Below, in pieces: positions 62,886 to 64,000 of a stretch of DNA of 64,000 nt (positions within the stretch are counted from its first letter, which is position 1; each line of letters begins with the position of its first letter). The translations under genes and the position numbers were made by a program. This DNA is from an uncultured archaeon (lineage in GTDB: Archaea; Altiarchaeota; Altiarchaeia; IMC4; SCGC-AAA252-I15): positions 1 through 64,000 of the forward strand of contig CABMCB010000018.1 of the NCBI GenBank assembly GCA_902384455.1. The letters run 5' to 3'. A model generated the notes under the pieces. It made no database searches. It was not told the DNA's origin and worked only from the letters and a program-made list of their open reading frames with translations.

Positions 62886-63749
62886 ATGTTTTGGCTTACG
62901 AGGTTTGATGCTTTGCGCCTGCTTGCGGCGAGGAGGGCTTGTGTGCCGTATGCTGAGGTTTCTTTGGATTTGGGTATGACTCGTTCGGTCGTTGATATGG
63001 AGGATGCGGGTGTTTCGCTTCCTGGGGGTGTGGTTGTCGGTTGGGATGAGGTTGAGGCGATTTCGACCTCCGTTTTGTGTCATACTGTTGAGGATGGCGT
63101 CGTCTATAAGGCGCAGTTTTTCGCGGCGGACACTAACAGGATGTACCGTCTTATCGCGTCCAAGGAGGGTTGTCCTCCGACCGCGGAGATTGGTAGTGTG
63201 CGGATGCATCGCGTCAAGGAGATGGATCCTTGGACTGACGCGCGAATGAAAGTTCAGGAGGTTACGCCTGTTTTTGGGCGATGCCTTGATACTTGCACTG
63301 GCCTTGGTTATTCGGCGATTAATTTGGTTGATGCTGGTGCGGCGGAGGTTGTTACTGTGGAGCGCGACCCTAATATGGTCAAACTTCAGGACGTGAACCC
63401 GTGGAGTGCGGGACTGAATAATTTGCGGGTCAAGAGGGTTGAGGGAGATGTTTCCTGCGTCATAAAGACTTTCGGTGACGCGTCGTTTAGCCGTGTTCTG
63501 CATGATCCGCCGCGGGTTAGTCTTGCGGGGGAATTGTATGGCCGCGTTTTTTATGGCGATTTGTTTAGGGTGCTTTTGCCGGGCGGTTTTTTGTATCATT
63601 ACGTTGGTTCTCCGGGGAACAAGTATCGCGGTAGGAATGCTGTGCGCGGCGTCATTGATAGGCTGAAAGAGGCGGGTTTTTCTGATGTGAGGGAGGTTTC
63701 GGCTGCGTTGGGTGTTGTTGCGAGAAAGGATGGTTTTGTGCGCGGATGA
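62886..63749 (+). CDS. Archaeal SAM-dependent methyltransferase (COG2521-like)
   Basis: LDTCTGLGYSA, NPWS, HDPPR..LAGELY, HYVG.PG. ATG at 62886 after a GGAG RBS. Confidence 0.82.
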   Translation: MFWLTRFDALRLLAARRACVPYAEVSLDLGMTRSVVDMEDAGVSLPGGVVVGWDEVEAISTSVLCHTVEDGVVYKAQFFAADTNRMYRLIASKEGCPPTAEIGSVRMHRVKEMDPWTDARMKVQEVTPVFGRCLDTCTGLGYSAINLVDAGAAEVVTVERDPNMVKLQDVNPWSAGLNNLRVKRVEGDVSCVIKTFGDASFSRVLHDPPRVSLAGELYGRVFYGDLFRVLLPGGFLYHYVGSPGNKYRGRNAVRGVIDRLKEAGFSDVREVSAALGVVARKDGFVRG

Positions 63750-63767
63750 TTCTATTGTCTGCCTGCG

Positions 63768-64000
63768 TCACTTTAGTTTCATTTTTGTGATTTCGGGTTC
63801 TTTTGGTGGTTCGAGGGGTTCTTCTTTTTCTACGAGTTTCAGCTGGCCTTTTGTTATTAGTTTGTTTGGGTCTTCTATGTGGAAGTATTGGCGGAATTTT
63901 GGCGTCGTGTATATTTCCTTTGTTTTTCCTTTTTTGCGCCGTAGTATCAGCTCCATTTCTTCTAGCCGGTCTAGGTAGGTGTATGTTCTGTTGCCGCGTA
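63768..64000 (-). CDS. scpB: Segregation/condensation protein ScpB, C-terminal part (5' partial)
   Basis: Frame is open to the window end: RGNRTYTYLDRLEEMELI.R.KKGKT..YTTPKFRQYF, typical of archaeal ScpB. Confidence 0.75.
   Translation of the reverse strand, partial: RGNRTYTYLDRLEEMELILRRKKGKTKEIYTTPKFRQYFHIEDPNKLITKGQLKLVEKEEPLEPPKEPEITKMKLK

Overview
Archaeal chromosomal segment, mostly housekeeping. Split RpoA'/A'' and RpoB''/B', topoisomerase VI, an A1A0 ATP synthase and an archaeal CCA enzyme point to a euryarchaeal or DPANN-related lineage; Altiarchaeota-like is only a guess. Main blocks: (1) carbon and amino-acid metabolism (divergent malic enzyme, ilvC, Pta-N-like protein, acs, OFA-type MFS); (2) an A-type ATP synthase locus whose atpI..atpK segment is inverted and interrupted by two orphan genes; (3) secDF, coaD/coaB, top6AB, KH protein, amrS-cca-yggS; (4) a ~14 kb rpoH-rpoB-rpoA-L30e-nusA-S12 cluster running directly into S8..secY; (5) a GDP-heptose/glycosylation operon; (6) a mixed right end with CBS protein, ADH synthase/aldolase, H1-like protein, a second atpK, PhoU regulator, htpX, two GNAT-like orphans, lipoprotein serpin, orphan DNA methyltransferase and partial scpB. 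I recognised no rRNA, tRNA, CRISPR array, transposase or integrase. The most unusual signals are a synonymously recoded duplicate of the secY 3' end split by twin GAA-loop hairpins, a ~143-nt rod-like inverted-repeat element, a second c-subunit gene paired with an unannotated 44-aa membrane microprotein, and kb-scale G+T/A+C skew domains. All family calls are from motif recognition by eye, not database searches.
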